Positions 1 to 9,271 of a DNA stretch of 64,000 nt are shown here, piece by piece; the stretch's first letter is position 1, and each line of letters opens with the position of its first letter. Position numbers and translations under genes: made by a program. Below the pieces are notes generated by a model, which saw nothing but the letters and a program-made list of their open reading frames with translations, searched no databases and had not been told where the DNA came from. Location of the stretch: positions 3,616,001 to 3,680,000 of the forward strand of contig OZ245838.1 of assembly GCA_965228735.1 (NCBI GenBank), written 5' to 3'. The DNA comes from Planctomycetota bacterium (GTDB taxonomy: Bacteria; Planctomycetota; UBA1135; UBA2386).

Positions 1-934
1 AGCGACGACGCCGCAGCACGTGCACGTCCTGATACAGCCCGAGCGCGGCCGGCACGCAGCCGATCACGTCGACGCCGAGCTCCGCGAGGGCGCTGCCCCA
101 GACGTCGCGCGCGAAGGTCTCCGTCAGGAACGAATTGCCGTAGTCCGGCGCCACGCCATCCGCCCGTTCGATCGATGCAGCCGACAGGTTGCGGTGCACG
201 AAACCCGTCGTGCAGAGCTGCCGCATCAGGCCGGGCACGTCCGCCGCGTCGATCTTGAGCACCTTCTGGTGCTGCGCCGATCGCGCCGTCAACGCGAGCG
301 CGAACGCGCCATGCGTCGAGGCGAGGATCATCCCGCCGGGCCGCGTGACCCGCGCGAGTTCGCGCAACCAGGCGAGCCCCGGGTCGCGGTCGAGATGGCT
401 GAACACGGAGAGCGCCACGGTGAGGTCGACGCTGTCGTCGGGCAGCTCGAGCGGGGGCGCCGTCGCGTTCACGAAGAACCGCCCCGGCAACTCGGCGCGA
501 CACCACTCGATCGCCGCAGCCCGAACGTCGGAGCCATGAATCGTCGCGTCGGGCAACGCCATCGCGAGCCACCGCGCCAGCCGGCCGCAACCGCACCCGA
601 AGTCGAACACGGCCTCGAGTTCACCGAGGTCACGGTCGTCGAACAACGCGAACAGCTCGGCGACGATCCGGTAGTCCTGCAGCCCCGTGTAGAGGTGCCC
701 GCGCGGGTCCATACCGCCGCACGCGGTCGCCCGCAGCTCGGCGGGCGGCAGCGGCGGGAAGAACCGGGCGATGCGCTCGTCCTCGATCGGCCCATTGGAG
801 TAGAGCCATTCGCAGAACTCGGGACTCGTCGCCGACGGAAACGCCCGCTGCAGGTCCGGGCGTGCCGCGTGCACGGCACCGCCGATGCGGATGAGCTCCG
901 GATCGCGGGGTGCGAGGCGCTGGAACGGATGCAT
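1..934 (-). CDS. Class I SAM-dependent methyltransferase (3' end at or just beyond the window edge)
   Basis: Not in the ORF track because it runs off the window. Hand translation from the ATG at 934: MHPFQRLAPRD...AVFDFGCGCGRLARW...IHGSDV...AIEWC...PPLELPDDSVDLTVALSVFSHL...WLRELARVTRPGG...YQDVHVLRRR. SAM-binding motif I (DFGCGCG) and downstream motifs are present. Confidence 0.85.
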   Translation of the reverse strand, partial: MHPFQRLAPRDPELIRIGGAVHAARPDLQRAFPSATSPEFCEWLYSNGPIEDERIARFFPPLPPAELRATACGGMDPRGHLYTGLQDYRIVAELFALFDDRDLGELEAVFDFGCGCGRLARWLAMALPDATIHGSDVRAAAIEWCRAELPGRFFVNATAPPLELPDDSVDLTVALSVFSHLDRDPGLAWLRELARVTRPGGMILASTHGAFALALTARSAQHQKVLKIDAADVPGLMRQLCTTGFVHRNLSAASIERADGVAPDYGNSFLTETFARDVWGSALAELGVDVIGCVPAALGLYQDVHVLRRRR

Positions 935-972
935 GCGTGGCCCATCGCCCGGTTGGCGGTCGCCCGAATCGT

Positions 973-1025
973 GGGCGCCGAATTCCCGGGCGCCGAACTC
1001 CCGGGCGCCGAACTCCCGGGCGCCC
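973..1025. repeat. 15-bp tandem repeat GGGCGCCGAA(C/T)TCCC x3.5
   Basis: Copies at 973, 988 and 1003, partial copy at 1018; intergenic, upstream of the methyltransferase. Confidence 0.9.
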
Positions 1026-1082
1026 TTTCCCTGGGCGGCCGAATCGAGAGCGGCCGACGTGGTCGGCGGCCGCTTCTCCGAA

Positions 1083-1406
1083 CTAGACCGGGCCCGCGGC
1101 CGTGCGGCCGAGGCGGCAGGCGCGGCGCAGCCACATCATCGCGCGCTCGACTTCGCGGGGGCCCGTGACCGGGATCTCGACGAACTCGCGGCTGTGCGGA
1201 TCGCCGTCGTCGGGCATCCGCTTCGCGCCGATGATCTTCAGCGCTTCCGTCACTTGCGGCGGCGCGAGCTTGACGACGACGCCCTTCTTGCCGAGATACG
1301 CAAACACCTGGCCACGGACGAAGAACGAGTCCTTGCCGTCCTTCTTCTCACGGTTGACATCCTTCCAGGCGCAGAGCCGTTCAACAATGGTGGCGAGTGG
1401 ATCCAT
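1083..1406 (-). CDS. Small hypothetical protein, possibly YjbR/TfoX-like fold
   Basis: 107 aa with non-shadow composition (Lys-rich). Pattern SFFVRGQVFAYL...EFVEIPV...AMMWLRRA resembles the YjbR/TfoX/DUF5519-like family. Confidence 0.6.
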   Translation of the reverse strand: MDPLATIVERLCAWKDVNREKKDGKDSFFVRGQVFAYLGKKGVVVKLAPPQVTEALKIIGAKRMPDDGDPHSREFVEIPVTGPREVERAMMWLRRACRLGRTAAGPV

Positions 1407-1644
1407 GCTATCTTTCGGTATTTATGAGGGTTTGCGCGGCTCGACTGCCGCCTGACCAGGTCCTCTTAGGCCACGCGGGCCGAATCCGAGGGGCAAACAG
1501 TATACCGACTCGCGCGGAAGACGCCATGACCGAGTGCCGGATCGGCGCGCGAGGGCGCACCGAGCCCCCTCTGCGCGCCCCTTCGCAATCCGCGGGCGCC
1601 TCGCCAACCGGCCCTAAGCTACTGCTTCGGAGGGCCTTCTGACT

Positions 1645-2565
1645 CTACCGCCGCAGAAACAGATTCTTGGTCACGAGCCAGACCATCGCCGGATACTCGT
1701 CGAGCCGGCGCCGCAGATACTGGATCGCCATGTCCCAGCCAACCGCGAACGGGACGTACAATCGTGCCCGGATCCCGCGCCCGACGAGGTCACCCAGGAT
1801 ACGGTCACGCGGAACCCCGTAGAGCATCTGGACCTCGTAGCACTCGGACCCGACCCCGACGCGCGGCACGACCTCGTCGACGAAGCGCTGCAGGCAGGCC
1901 CGGTCGTGGGTCGCGAATTCGACGTAGTGGCCGTTCTGCAGCAGCCGCTCGGCGAACTCGAGCATGCGCTCCTTCATCGCCGGCTTGTCGGTCAGCGCGA
2001 CCTCGGCCGGCTCCTGGTAGATGCCGATCACGAGCCGAACGCGCAGCCCCTGCGGCAGCCGGTCGAGGTCGGCGGCGGTGCGGTGCAACCGCGTCTGTAG
2101 CACCCCGCCGACGTGGGTGTGGCCCGCAGCGTGCAGCCGGTCGAGCAGATCGAGTGTGAAGTCGGTCCACGCCCGCCCTTCCATGTCGATCGACACGTCG
2201 ACGCCGCGCTCCTTGGCGCGTTCGACGATCCGCTCGATCGCGGCCACCGCGCCCCGCGCGTCACCGTCGGGCAGCGGCTTGGTCGTGTAGGACGACGGCT
2301 TGAGCGAGAGGGTCGGGCGGCCCGCGGGCGGCAGGCCGGAATCGGCCACCGCGTCCACCATTTGGAGATACGTGTCGAGGTTGGCCTGCGCCTGGGCGTC
2401 CTCCTCGATGTCCTCGGCCAGCAGATCGAGAGTTGCGGTGAGCTGCCGATCCCGCCACAGCCCCTCGACCACCGTCATCGCTTTGGCCAGCGAGTCCCCG
2501 GCCACGTAGGGCTTGGCGAAGAACCGGACGAGCGGAGCGGGGATGAGTCGGATGAGGGGATTCAC
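1645..2565 (-). CDS. Monofunctional proline dehydrogenase family protein
   Basis: FAKPYVAG, TLDLLAE, SLKPSS, IDME, GGVLQTRLHRT, FATHD, YEVQMLYGV, YVPF...YLRRRLDE. Likely GTG start at 2565; the ORF track start at 2895 runs through the promoter region. Confidence 0.9.
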   Translation of the reverse strand: MNPLIRLIPAPLVRFFAKPYVAGDSLAKAMTVVEGLWRDRQLTATLDLLAEDIEEDAQAQANLDTYLQMVDAVADSGLPPAGRPTLSLKPSSYTTKPLPDGDARGAVAAIERIVERAKERGVDVSIDMEGRAWTDFTLDLLDRLHAAGHTHVGGVLQTRLHRTAADLDRLPQGLRVRLVIGIYQEPAEVALTDKPAMKERMLEFAERLLQNGHYVEFATHDRACLQRFVDEVVPRVGVGSECYEVQMLYGVPRDRILGDLVGRGIRARLYVPFAVGWDMAIQYLRRRLDEYPAMVWLVTKNLFLRR

Positions 2566-2773
2566 GGCGTCGACGGCGACTGCTGGCACTGATAGCTCGC
2601 CGGACTTCGCACACAAGCGCCCGTAAGCCCCTCGCTTTCGAGACTTTGGGACGAACGGACGCGGGCGATCGCAACGCCGGAGGCCCGGAGCCGAGGCGAT
2701 CGGCCCGGCGGGCCGAATCATGCCGCCGCTAGCCCCGGAAAGCGAGCGCGAGCGCCGACCCCCGAACGCCATG

Positions 2774-2844
2774 TTGAACATGTTCAAAAATCTGGCAGGA
2801 CACCGAAACACGAGCCGCCGACACGAGTTTTTGAACATGTTCAA
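2774..2844. promoter_or_regulatory. Two perfect palindromes TTGAACATGTTCAA (putative TetR operators)
   Basis: Identical 14-bp palindromes at 2774-2787 and 2831-2844, AT-rich in a GC-rich background, directly upstream of an operon encoding a TetR regulator. Confidence 0.8.
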
Positions 2845-2901
2845 GAACGCCCACACCCAAGCCATCAGTCCGATTCCGGAGGCCTTCGGGAGCACTCAGC
2901 C

Positions 2902-3342
2902 ATGACGCCAACTCTCTACACCTACGCCGCTTACCTGCTCATCAGCATCGGCTTGACCGGCTGGGTCGGCCGCACCCTGCACCGCAACGGGCGGCCGTTC
3001 CTGCTCGACGTGTTCCGGGACCGCGACGACCTCGCCGACTCGGTCAACCACCTGCTGCTCGTCGGCTTCTACCTCGTCAACCTGGGTTACATCACGTTCG
3101 CCCTCAAGGTCGCCGAGAAGGTCGCGGACGCGACCGCGGCCGTCGAGGTGCTCTCGCAGAAGGTCGGCCTGGTGCTCGTCGTGCTCGGCGCGATGCACTT
3201 CCTCAACCTCTACGTCTTCAGCCGGATCCGCCGCCAGGCGACCCTGCGGCACGCCGCCCGCCCGGTTCCGCCCGATGGCCACCTCACACCCGCGGGTGCC
3301 GGTGTGGCCCCACCGCCGCCCTTGCCCGACGAGGGCCAGTGA
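2902..3342 (+). CDS. Conserved integral membrane protein
   Basis: 146 aa with three hydrophobic segments; pattern GRTLHRNGRPFLLDVF...LADSVNHLLLVGFYLVNLGY...LGAMHFLN. Confidence 0.8.
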   Translation: MTPTLYTYAAYLLISIGLTGWVGRTLHRNGRPFLLDVFRDRDDLADSVNHLLLVGFYLVNLGYITFALKVAEKVADATAAVEVLSQKVGLVLVVLGAMHFLNLYVFSRIRRQATLRHAARPVPPDGHLTPAGAGVAPPPPLPDEGQ

Positions 3343-3349
3343 GCCGGCG

Positions 3350-3706
3350 ATGACGGACCACGTCGAGCTCACCGTCTACTTCGACGGCGACTGCGGCTTC
3401 TGCCGCCGCGTCGCCGGCTGGCTCGATCGCCAGCCCAAGTTCGTGCCCGTCCACTGCGTCGCGGCGCAGCGGGCGGCCGCCGCCGGATGCGCGTTCGACC
3501 TCGACACACTCCTCGCGCAGGTCACGGTCGTCGCGAGCGATGGCGCATGGTATCGCGGGACCAAAGCCTGGCTCGTGGTGCTCTGGGCCCTGCAGAATTA
3601 CCGTGGCTGGTCGCTGCGCCTCGCCGCGCCCGAACGCCGCAAGCACGCCGAACGGCTGTTCGCGGTGATCACGGGCCTGGCATCGCTGACGAAGTCCCGC
3701 ACCTGA
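3350..3706 (+). CDS. DCC1-like thiol-disulfide oxidoreductase (DUF393)
   Basis: ATG at 3350; N-terminal TVYFDGDCGFC (DxxCxxC) signature. Confidence 0.85.
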   Translation: MTDHVELTVYFDGDCGFCRRVAGWLDRQPKFVPVHCVAAQRAAAAGCAFDLDTLLAQVTVVASDGAWYRGTKAWLVVLWALQNYRGWSLRLAAPERRKHAERLFAVITGLASLTKSRT

Positions 3707-3714
3707 CCACTGCC

Positions 3715-4389
3715 TTGCGAACAGAACGCACAGAACGCGCCGAACGGACCAAAGCCACGATCGTGAGTGCCGCGCTCGAACTGTTCCGCGACCGCGGCTA
3801 CGAGGCGACGACGATGCGGATGGTCGCGGAGCGCGCCGGCGTCTCGGTCGGCAACGCCTACTACTACTTCCGCGGCAAGGACATGCTCCTGCAGGCGTTC
3901 TACCGCGAGATCCACGACGCCGAGATCGCCGCCGCGCGCCCCGTGCTCGAGCGGGAGCACAAGCTGCCACAACGGCTGCGCGGCGTCATGCACAGCAAGC
4001 TCGAGGTCATCGAGCCCTACCACCGCTTCAGCGCGCTCATGTTCCGCAGCGCGGCCGATCCGGAGAGCCCCCTCAACCCGTTCCATCCCGCGGGCGCGCG
4101 CATTCGCGCGGCCGGCGAAGCGTTGTTCACCGAGGTGGTCGCGGGCGCGCGGCCCGGCCTCAGCGCCGACCTGCGCAAGGAGCTGCCGCCGCTGCTGTGG
4201 AGCTATTCGATGGGGATGATCCTGTTCTGGATCTACGACCGCTCGCCCGAACGTGAGGCCACGCGCCGGTTCATCGATCGAACGACGGACGTGATCGCGA
4301 CGGCGCTGCGGGTTGCGAGCAACCCGCTGATGCGGCCGCTGCGGCGCAAGGTGCTCGACCTCGTCCGGGACCTGACGCCGGCGCCTTGA
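3715..4389 (+). CDS. TetR/AcrR family transcriptional regulator
   Basis: HTH signature AALELFRDRGYEATTMRMVAERAGVSVGNAYYYFRGK. Start uncertain (CTG 3703 or TTG 3715). Confidence 0.92.
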   Translation: MRTERTERAERTKATIVSAALELFRDRGYEATTMRMVAERAGVSVGNAYYYFRGKDMLLQAFYREIHDAEIAAARPVLEREHKLPQRLRGVMHSKLEVIEPYHRFSALMFRSAADPESPLNPFHPAGARIRAAGEALFTEVVAGARPGLSADLRKELPPLLWSYSMGMILFWIYDRSPEREATRRFIDRTTDVIATALRVASNPLMRPLRRKVLDLVRDLTPAP

Positions 4390-4477
4390 GGTCCAGCCCG
4401 CCTGCCCGCCCGCCCTCCTGTCCGACGCCCTCGCAGAAGTCGTTCGACGACAACGACCTGGGACGCCACGCCCGCCG

Positions 4478-4547
4478 TGCACAATCAAAGCACCAGCTCA
4501 GTGCGGCGAGCCTGGGCGCCCCATGCACAATCAAAGCACCAGCTCAG
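4478..4547. repeat. 24-bp direct repeat TGCACAATCAAAGCACCAGCTCAG x2
   Basis: Exact copies at 4478-4501 and 4524-4547 with a 22-bp spacer. The second copy contains the stop codon of the convergent minus-strand gene. Confidence 0.9.
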
Positions 4548-5452
4548 ACGAGCGCAATCGCGATCGGCGCGGCCAGTTCCGCGACCCGGGCCGGGTCCAC
4601 GGCGAGTTCGACGAACGGCAAGAACTCGGAAACGAGCAGGTCGCGCCGCACTTCGAAGCACAACGTCCGTCCTGGATGGCGGTCGGCGAACTCATGGGCG
4701 AGTGATGCCGGGTGCAGCGAATAGACGCCGTTGCGTTCGACCTGTCGTCCGACCGAGGCGAGCTCCTGCTCGACGCGTGCGGTGAGCGCCGGGTCAGCCA
4801 GCTCGCGCCCGTCGGGGTCGTGCGTGATCAGGTCGATCTCGGCGCGCAGCGGCCAGTCGGTCGGGCGGTCGTAGGCTTCTCGCAGTGCTGTGACGATGTT
4901 CTCGTCGACCGCGACGTCGAGGCTGCGCGGCGCGTACGTGTGGACCATGAGGCCATGACCCGGCTGGCCCTCCGCGCACACGAACTCGAACGCAGCCGCC
5001 GCGACCTCACGATAGCTGGCGTGCAGCTCGAGCAGCAGCCGCTGATCGGCGACGGAACGAATCCACGGCGGCAGGCCGGGCGTCATCTGGCCGGGCTCCG
5101 AACCGCTCGGCAGCGCGTTCGGGTCGAGGCGCCGATTGCAGTCGACGAGCGTGCGTGGGATCTCGCTGCGGATCACGAGCGCCGCGCGTTCGGGCCGCTC
5201 TGCAACGACACTGGCCGCAATCGCGCGCGCGAGTTCGGGCGCGCCGACGTCGGTGTTGGTGAAGAAGAACTCGATCAGGTCCGCGCGGATGTCTGAGTCG
5301 AGGCGAGCGCGGAGCTCGGTGAAGTGGTGACCGCGCGTCGCGCCGTGTGGCACTTCGAGCAGGAGGTCGGGGCGGGTGTCCGCGGCGGCAGCCGCGCCGC
5401 GCACGATCTCGACGGTGCAGACGCCGGGGAGGGAGCGGATCGCGGGATGCAT
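4544..5452 (-). CDS. N-formylglutamate amidohydrolase family protein
   Basis: LLLEVPHG, NTDVGA, PRTLVDCNR, MVHTY, CFEVRRDL match the FGase-type zinc hydrolase pattern. Confidence 0.75.
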   Translation of the reverse strand: MHPAIRSLPGVCTVEIVRGAAAAADTRPDLLLEVPHGATRGHHFTELRARLDSDIRADLIEFFFTNTDVGAPELARAIAASVVAERPERAALVIRSEIPRTLVDCNRRLDPNALPSGSEPGQMTPGLPPWIRSVADQRLLLELHASYREVAAAAFEFVCAEGQPGHGLMVHTYAPRSLDVAVDENIVTALREAYDRPTDWPLRAEIDLITHDPDGRELADPALTARVEQELASVGRQVERNGVYSLHPASLAHEFADRHPGRTLCFEVRRDLLVSEFLPFVELAVDPARVAELAAPIAIALV

Positions 5453-5530
5453 CAGGTCCCCGGCTTAGCGGCGGCGCGCCGCGCGGCCAAGCGGTTTCGA
5501 TGGGCTCCGCGCGACTGCCGGTCGCGCGTT

Positions 5531-7393
5531 CTACCGCAGGCGCAGAACGAGCGGACGCTCGCGTGCGGCGACCTCGAACTCGCCGGTCTCGGCCCCCGAT
5601 CGGGCGAGCTTCGCGCGCCATTCGAGCGTCTCGAGCGGCAGGAACGGCAGGTCCAGGCGGCCGCGCTCGTCCGTCCGGAGGGACTGCCAGTCCTTGGCCA
5701 GGCGCTCGGCGAGCATGTGCTGCACGCGCTGCAGCGCCGATTCGCTCGCGCTTGCGCGCGAACCAGCGACGCGAATCCGCGCGTCGGCGACCGGCTCACC
5801 GTCGTCCCCACGAAGCTCGACGGGCATCGTGCCGAGCGGCGACAGGCGCAGCTGCACCTCCGCGCCGTGCGCGTCGATCGAAAACTCCTGCGCGTCGTGA
5901 CCCGCGGGCGAGAGCGTCACCGCGACCCATCGCCCCCGACCGAGCCGGACCGCACCGCGACCGGCGGAGTCGAGCGCGAGGCGAAACGCCGAATCGCGCT
6001 GCCGCGCGAGATCGCCGCCGGCGCTGACGACCGTGACGACCGCGCCGCGCGCGGGACCGCCGCTCGGGTCGAACGCCTGCACGTTCAACGTGCCGAGCCG
6101 CGGCGGCCCGTCGTCGTTCGCGAGGAGCGCCGGCGACAGGTCCGGCGGGAACGTGCGTCCGGCAAGGGCCTCGAACACCATCGTCGGCGCGCCATCGGAC
6201 GGCACGATGATGAGCCGCAGCGAGTGCACGTCGTCGGGCACGTGATCGAACGTGAGCACACCATCGTCATCAGCGGTCGCGAAGAACGTACGGGGATCGT
6301 GGCGGTAGCTCGCGCCGGCGCGCAGTTTGCACTTCGCGACGAGCTGGGCGACGCTGCCCGGAGGCGCGGATCGCGGCGCCGATCGGAGCAGTTCGACCCG
6401 TGGCAGAGTGAACACGAGCTCGTCGGCGTCGTGCTTCTTGATGCGCTGATCGTCGCGATACGAAACCCGACCGCGAGAACCGCCGCCGACCCGCGCGCGC
6501 CCCGGCGCATCGACGTAGAGCATCATCGGGGCGACGGCCGACGGCCGCGTGCGGAGTGGGTTCGTCGGCGAAGGCACGACGACGGTCACGCGACCATCGG
6601 CGCCCGTCACCCCGACATCGCGGAGCCGCTCGATCGGCGGTTCGCGCCAGGCGTCCGTCGACCAGCTGCCGCGCGCCCCGGCCTTCCACTGCACGCGAGC
6701 GCCGACCACGGGCGCGCCCGTTTCGTCGATCGCGCGAACCGTGAGCTCCGCCGGCGCGTGCAGCAACAGATGTCCGCCCGACGACTGCGACGCGAGCAGC
6801 TCGCCCTGACCGCCTCGCAACTCGGCGAAGGCGTCGTCGATCGGCGGCCGCAACCAGCCGTCGGCCGTTCCGAGCACGCGTTCGACGCCGGGGCGCGGGG
6901 TGACGTAGGAGATCGTCAGGGGGCCGTGGTCGGCCCAGAGCTCGGCATCGGGCCAGTCATGCGTGACCTCGACGGCCGACTGCCGTTCACATCGGAGTTC
7001 GAGCAACGCCCCGGCGCCGAAGTAGTCGCTCGTCGGCGCGAACAACACCTCGCCGGCCGCGCCGCCGGGCAACGGCGCCACCGCCCAGGCGACGTAGCAC
7101 AGCCCCGGCAACAGCCGCGCGCGCGCCCGACCGCGCGCATCGGACGCGACGACCTGCACGTCGGGCCGCAGCACGCGTTCATCGAGCGCGGGATTGCCGC
7201 CGGCGAACGTCACTTCGGCGCCGGCGACGGGCACGCCATCGGGGCCGAGCACGCGCACGAACGTGGGGCGTCGCGGCACGGCCGGCGGGTCCACCTGCGC
7301 AACCGCCGAGCCCGCGGCGCCGAGCGCGCACGCCGCGATCAGGACCACCGAACGGCCAGATGGCGAAGAGGCGAACGCGAACAACCGAGACAT
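5531..7393 (-). CDS. Secreted protein with carboxypeptidase-regulatory-like (Cna-B/Ig) repeats
   Basis: Signal-peptide-like N-terminus (VVLIAACALGAAGSAVAQ). Repeated V..PDG.PVAGA.V and T..DGR motifs. Confidence 0.65.
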   Translation of the reverse strand: MSRLFAFASSPSGRSVVLIAACALGAAGSAVAQVDPPAVPRRPTFVRVLGPDGVPVAGAEVTFAGGNPALDERVLRPDVQVVASDARGRARARLLPGLCYVAWAVAPLPGGAAGEVLFAPTSDYFGAGALLELRCERQSAVEVTHDWPDAELWADHGPLTISYVTPRPGVERVLGTADGWLRPPIDDAFAELRGGQGELLASQSSGGHLLLHAPAELTVRAIDETGAPVVGARVQWKAGARGSWSTDAWREPPIERLRDVGVTGADGRVTVVVPSPTNPLRTRPSAVAPMMLYVDAPGRARVGGGSRGRVSYRDDQRIKKHDADELVFTLPRVELLRSAPRSAPPGSVAQLVAKCKLRAGASYRHDPRTFFATADDDGVLTFDHVPDDVHSLRLIIVPSDGAPTMVFEALAGRTFPPDLSPALLANDDGPPRLGTLNVQAFDPSGGPARGAVVTVVSAGGDLARQRDSAFRLALDSAGRGAVRLGRGRWVAVTLSPAGHDAQEFSIDAHGAEVQLRLSPLGTMPVELRGDDGEPVADARIRVAGSRASASESALQRVQHMLAERLAKDWQSLRTDERGRLDLPFLPLETLEWRAKLARSGAETGEFEVAARERPLVLRLR

Positions 7394-7524
7394 CCGGTCG
7401 CACTGTAGCCGCGGCTTCGGGCCGGCGGAATCGCCCACCGCAGCGCCCGCTCGGAACCAGGGTTCGACCGGGAAACTCACCGTAGCCATTCAACCCCGAG
7501 CCGAATCGTGCCGATCTCACGGAC

Positions 7525-8019
7525 ATGTCGTTCCCCCGCCGACCGCTCAGCATCCCGGGCCTCGGCCCGCTCCTCCTGCTCGCGGCGTGCGGCGCCGAGG
7601 CCTCGAGCTCGGTCGATCGAGCCGCCGCGATGCAGGTCGTCACGGACCTGCAGTCGGCGCTGCGGAACGGCGACGAATCGGCCTGCTATCGCCTCGTGAC
7701 CTCGGAGTCGAAGGCCGCGATCGCCGAGCTGCCGTGGGCCGAACTGCAGACCCGGCAACCGCTGGCCGTGCTGCGGGCCGACCGCGACGGCGCGGGCTAC
7801 CGCGTCACGGTGCGTGACCCCAATCAGGGGAACCTCGAAGCCGAGATGATCGTCGCCCGCGAATACGGCCGGTTCGTCGTCGACCTCGTAGCGACTGCCG
7901 GCCTGACCGCCGAGTTCACGGATCGGCCGCTCGAACAGCCGATCTTCGAGCCCGAGGAGCTCACGCCGCGCGACCTCGATCGCATCCGGCAGAAGCAACT
8001 CGCGACGCCGCCGAAGTAG
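7525..8019 (+). CDS. Hypothetical lipoprotein
   Basis: Lipobox LLLLAAC; 164 aa. Confidence 0.65.
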   Translation: MSFPRRPLSIPGLGPLLLLAACGAEASSSVDRAAAMQVVTDLQSALRNGDESACYRLVTSESKAAIAELPWAELQTRQPLAVLRADRDGAGYRVTVRDPNQGNLEAEMIVAREYGRFVVDLVATAGLTAEFTDRPLEQPIFEPEELTPRDLDRIRQKQLATPPK

Positions 8020-8119
8020 GCGGCGCCGCGGAACCCGGCGCCGATCGGACCGCCGTGGGTCAGAGTGGCCATCCCAATCCGGGCGGGAACTCCCGGCGGG
8101 TGCGCCGTAGCATCCCGGC

Positions 8120-9058
8120 ATGAGCGACGTTCTCGACACCTTGATCCTCGGCTCCGGCCCGGCCGGCTACACCGCGGCGATCTACGCCGCGCGCGCGAAC
8201 CTCAACCCCGTGCTGCTCGCGGGCCCGCAGCCCGGCGGCCAGCTGACGATCACGAGCGACGTCGAGAACTATCCCGGGTTCCCCGATGGCGTGATGGGGC
8301 CGGAGATGATGGAAATGTTCAAGAAGCAGGCGGCGCGCTTCGGCACCGAAGTGCTCGAGGAGCTCGGCACCGAGGTCGACCTCAGCGAACGCCCGTTCAC
8401 GATCAAGACCGAGAGCGGCAAGGTCTACAAAACGAAGACGCTGATCATCTCGACGGGCGCGAGCGCCATCTATCTCGGCCTCGAGAACGAGACCAAGCTG
8501 CAGGGCCGCGGCGTGTCGGCGTGCGCGACGTGCGACGGATTCTTCTTCAAGAACAAGAAGGTCTACGTCGTCGGCGGCGGCGATTCGGCGTGCGAGGAGG
8601 CGACGTTCCTCACCAAGTACGCGAGCGAGGTCAAGATGGTCGTGCGCCGCGACGAGATGCGGGCGTCGAAGATCATGCGCGACCGCGCGCTGAACAACGA
8701 CAAGATCGAGGTGCTGTGGAAGCAGAACGTCACCGACGTCCTCGGCGTCGACGAAGGCAAGGTCACGGGCGTCGAGCTCACCCACAGCGACACTGGCGAG
8801 AAGCAGAAGGTCGACGCGGACGGCCTGTTCCTCGCGATCGGCCACAAGCCGAACACCGACCTCTTCAAGGGCGTCCTCGACATGGACGACACGGGCTACA
8901 TCAAGACCGTGCCGGGCAAGACGGCGACCAACGTCGCGGGCGTGTTCGCCGCGGGCGACTGCCAGGACAGCTTCTACCGGCAGGCAGTGACGGCGGCGGG
9001 GACCGGGTGCATGGCGGCGATCGAGGTCGAAAAGTTTCTCGAGACCGAGGGGCACTAG
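8120..9058 (+). CDS. trxB: Thioredoxin-disulfide reductase
   Basis: GSGPAG, GGQL, ENYPGF, CATCDG active site, VGGGDSA, GVFAAGD, RQAVTAAG. Confidence 0.97.
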   Translation: MSDVLDTLILGSGPAGYTAAIYAARANLNPVLLAGPQPGGQLTITSDVENYPGFPDGVMGPEMMEMFKKQAARFGTEVLEELGTEVDLSERPFTIKTESGKVYKTKTLIISTGASAIYLGLENETKLQGRGVSACATCDGFFFKNKKVYVVGGGDSACEEATFLTKYASEVKMVVRRDEMRASKIMRDRALNNDKIEVLWKQNVTDVLGVDEGKVTGVELTHSDTGEKQKVDADGLFLAIGHKPNTDLFKGVLDMDDTGYIKTVPGKTATNVAGVFAAGDCQDSFYRQAVTAAGTGCMAAIEVEKFLETEGH

Positions 9059-9155
9059 CCCGCGGCCGCCGCGGGGCTCACGACACTTCGACGGTGACGC
9101 CGGCAGGCAACACGTGCCGCAGCTTCGTCGCGAGCGCATCGCGCGCGGCGTCGTG

Positions 9156-9270
9156 TGGCTGTACCGAACCCGTTTCGAATCCGCCACACGCACGTCGATG
9201 CAACAGCGGGCGTGCGCGCTGGTTGGCGCGCTACCGGGGTGGCGGATTCGAAACGGGTTCAGTACGGCCA
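9156..9270. repeat. Long inverted repeat (32-bp arms, 30/32 match, 51-bp loop), REP/MITE-like
   Basis: TGGCTGTACCGAACCCGTTTCGAATCCGCCAC (9156-9187) versus GTGGCGGATTCGAAACGGGTTCAGTACGGCCA (9239-9270), between convergent genes. Confidence 0.85.
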
Positions 9271-9271
9271 T

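Noticed and set aside
4478..4547. Possible mini CRISPR array
   Set aside because: Only two repeats, a 22-bp spacer, no palindromic repeat structure and no cas genes in the window.
5324..7408. Long Arg/Ala/Pro-rich ORFs opposite or overlapping real genes (also 31367-33616, 41012-43237, 44974-47883)
   Set aside because: Shadow or alternate frames typical of very high-GC DNA, with no family motifs.
9165..9190. GTTTCGAATCC resembling a tRNA T-loop
   Set aside because: The flanks do not form a T-stem and no cloverleaf can be built. It is part of the inverted repeat arm.
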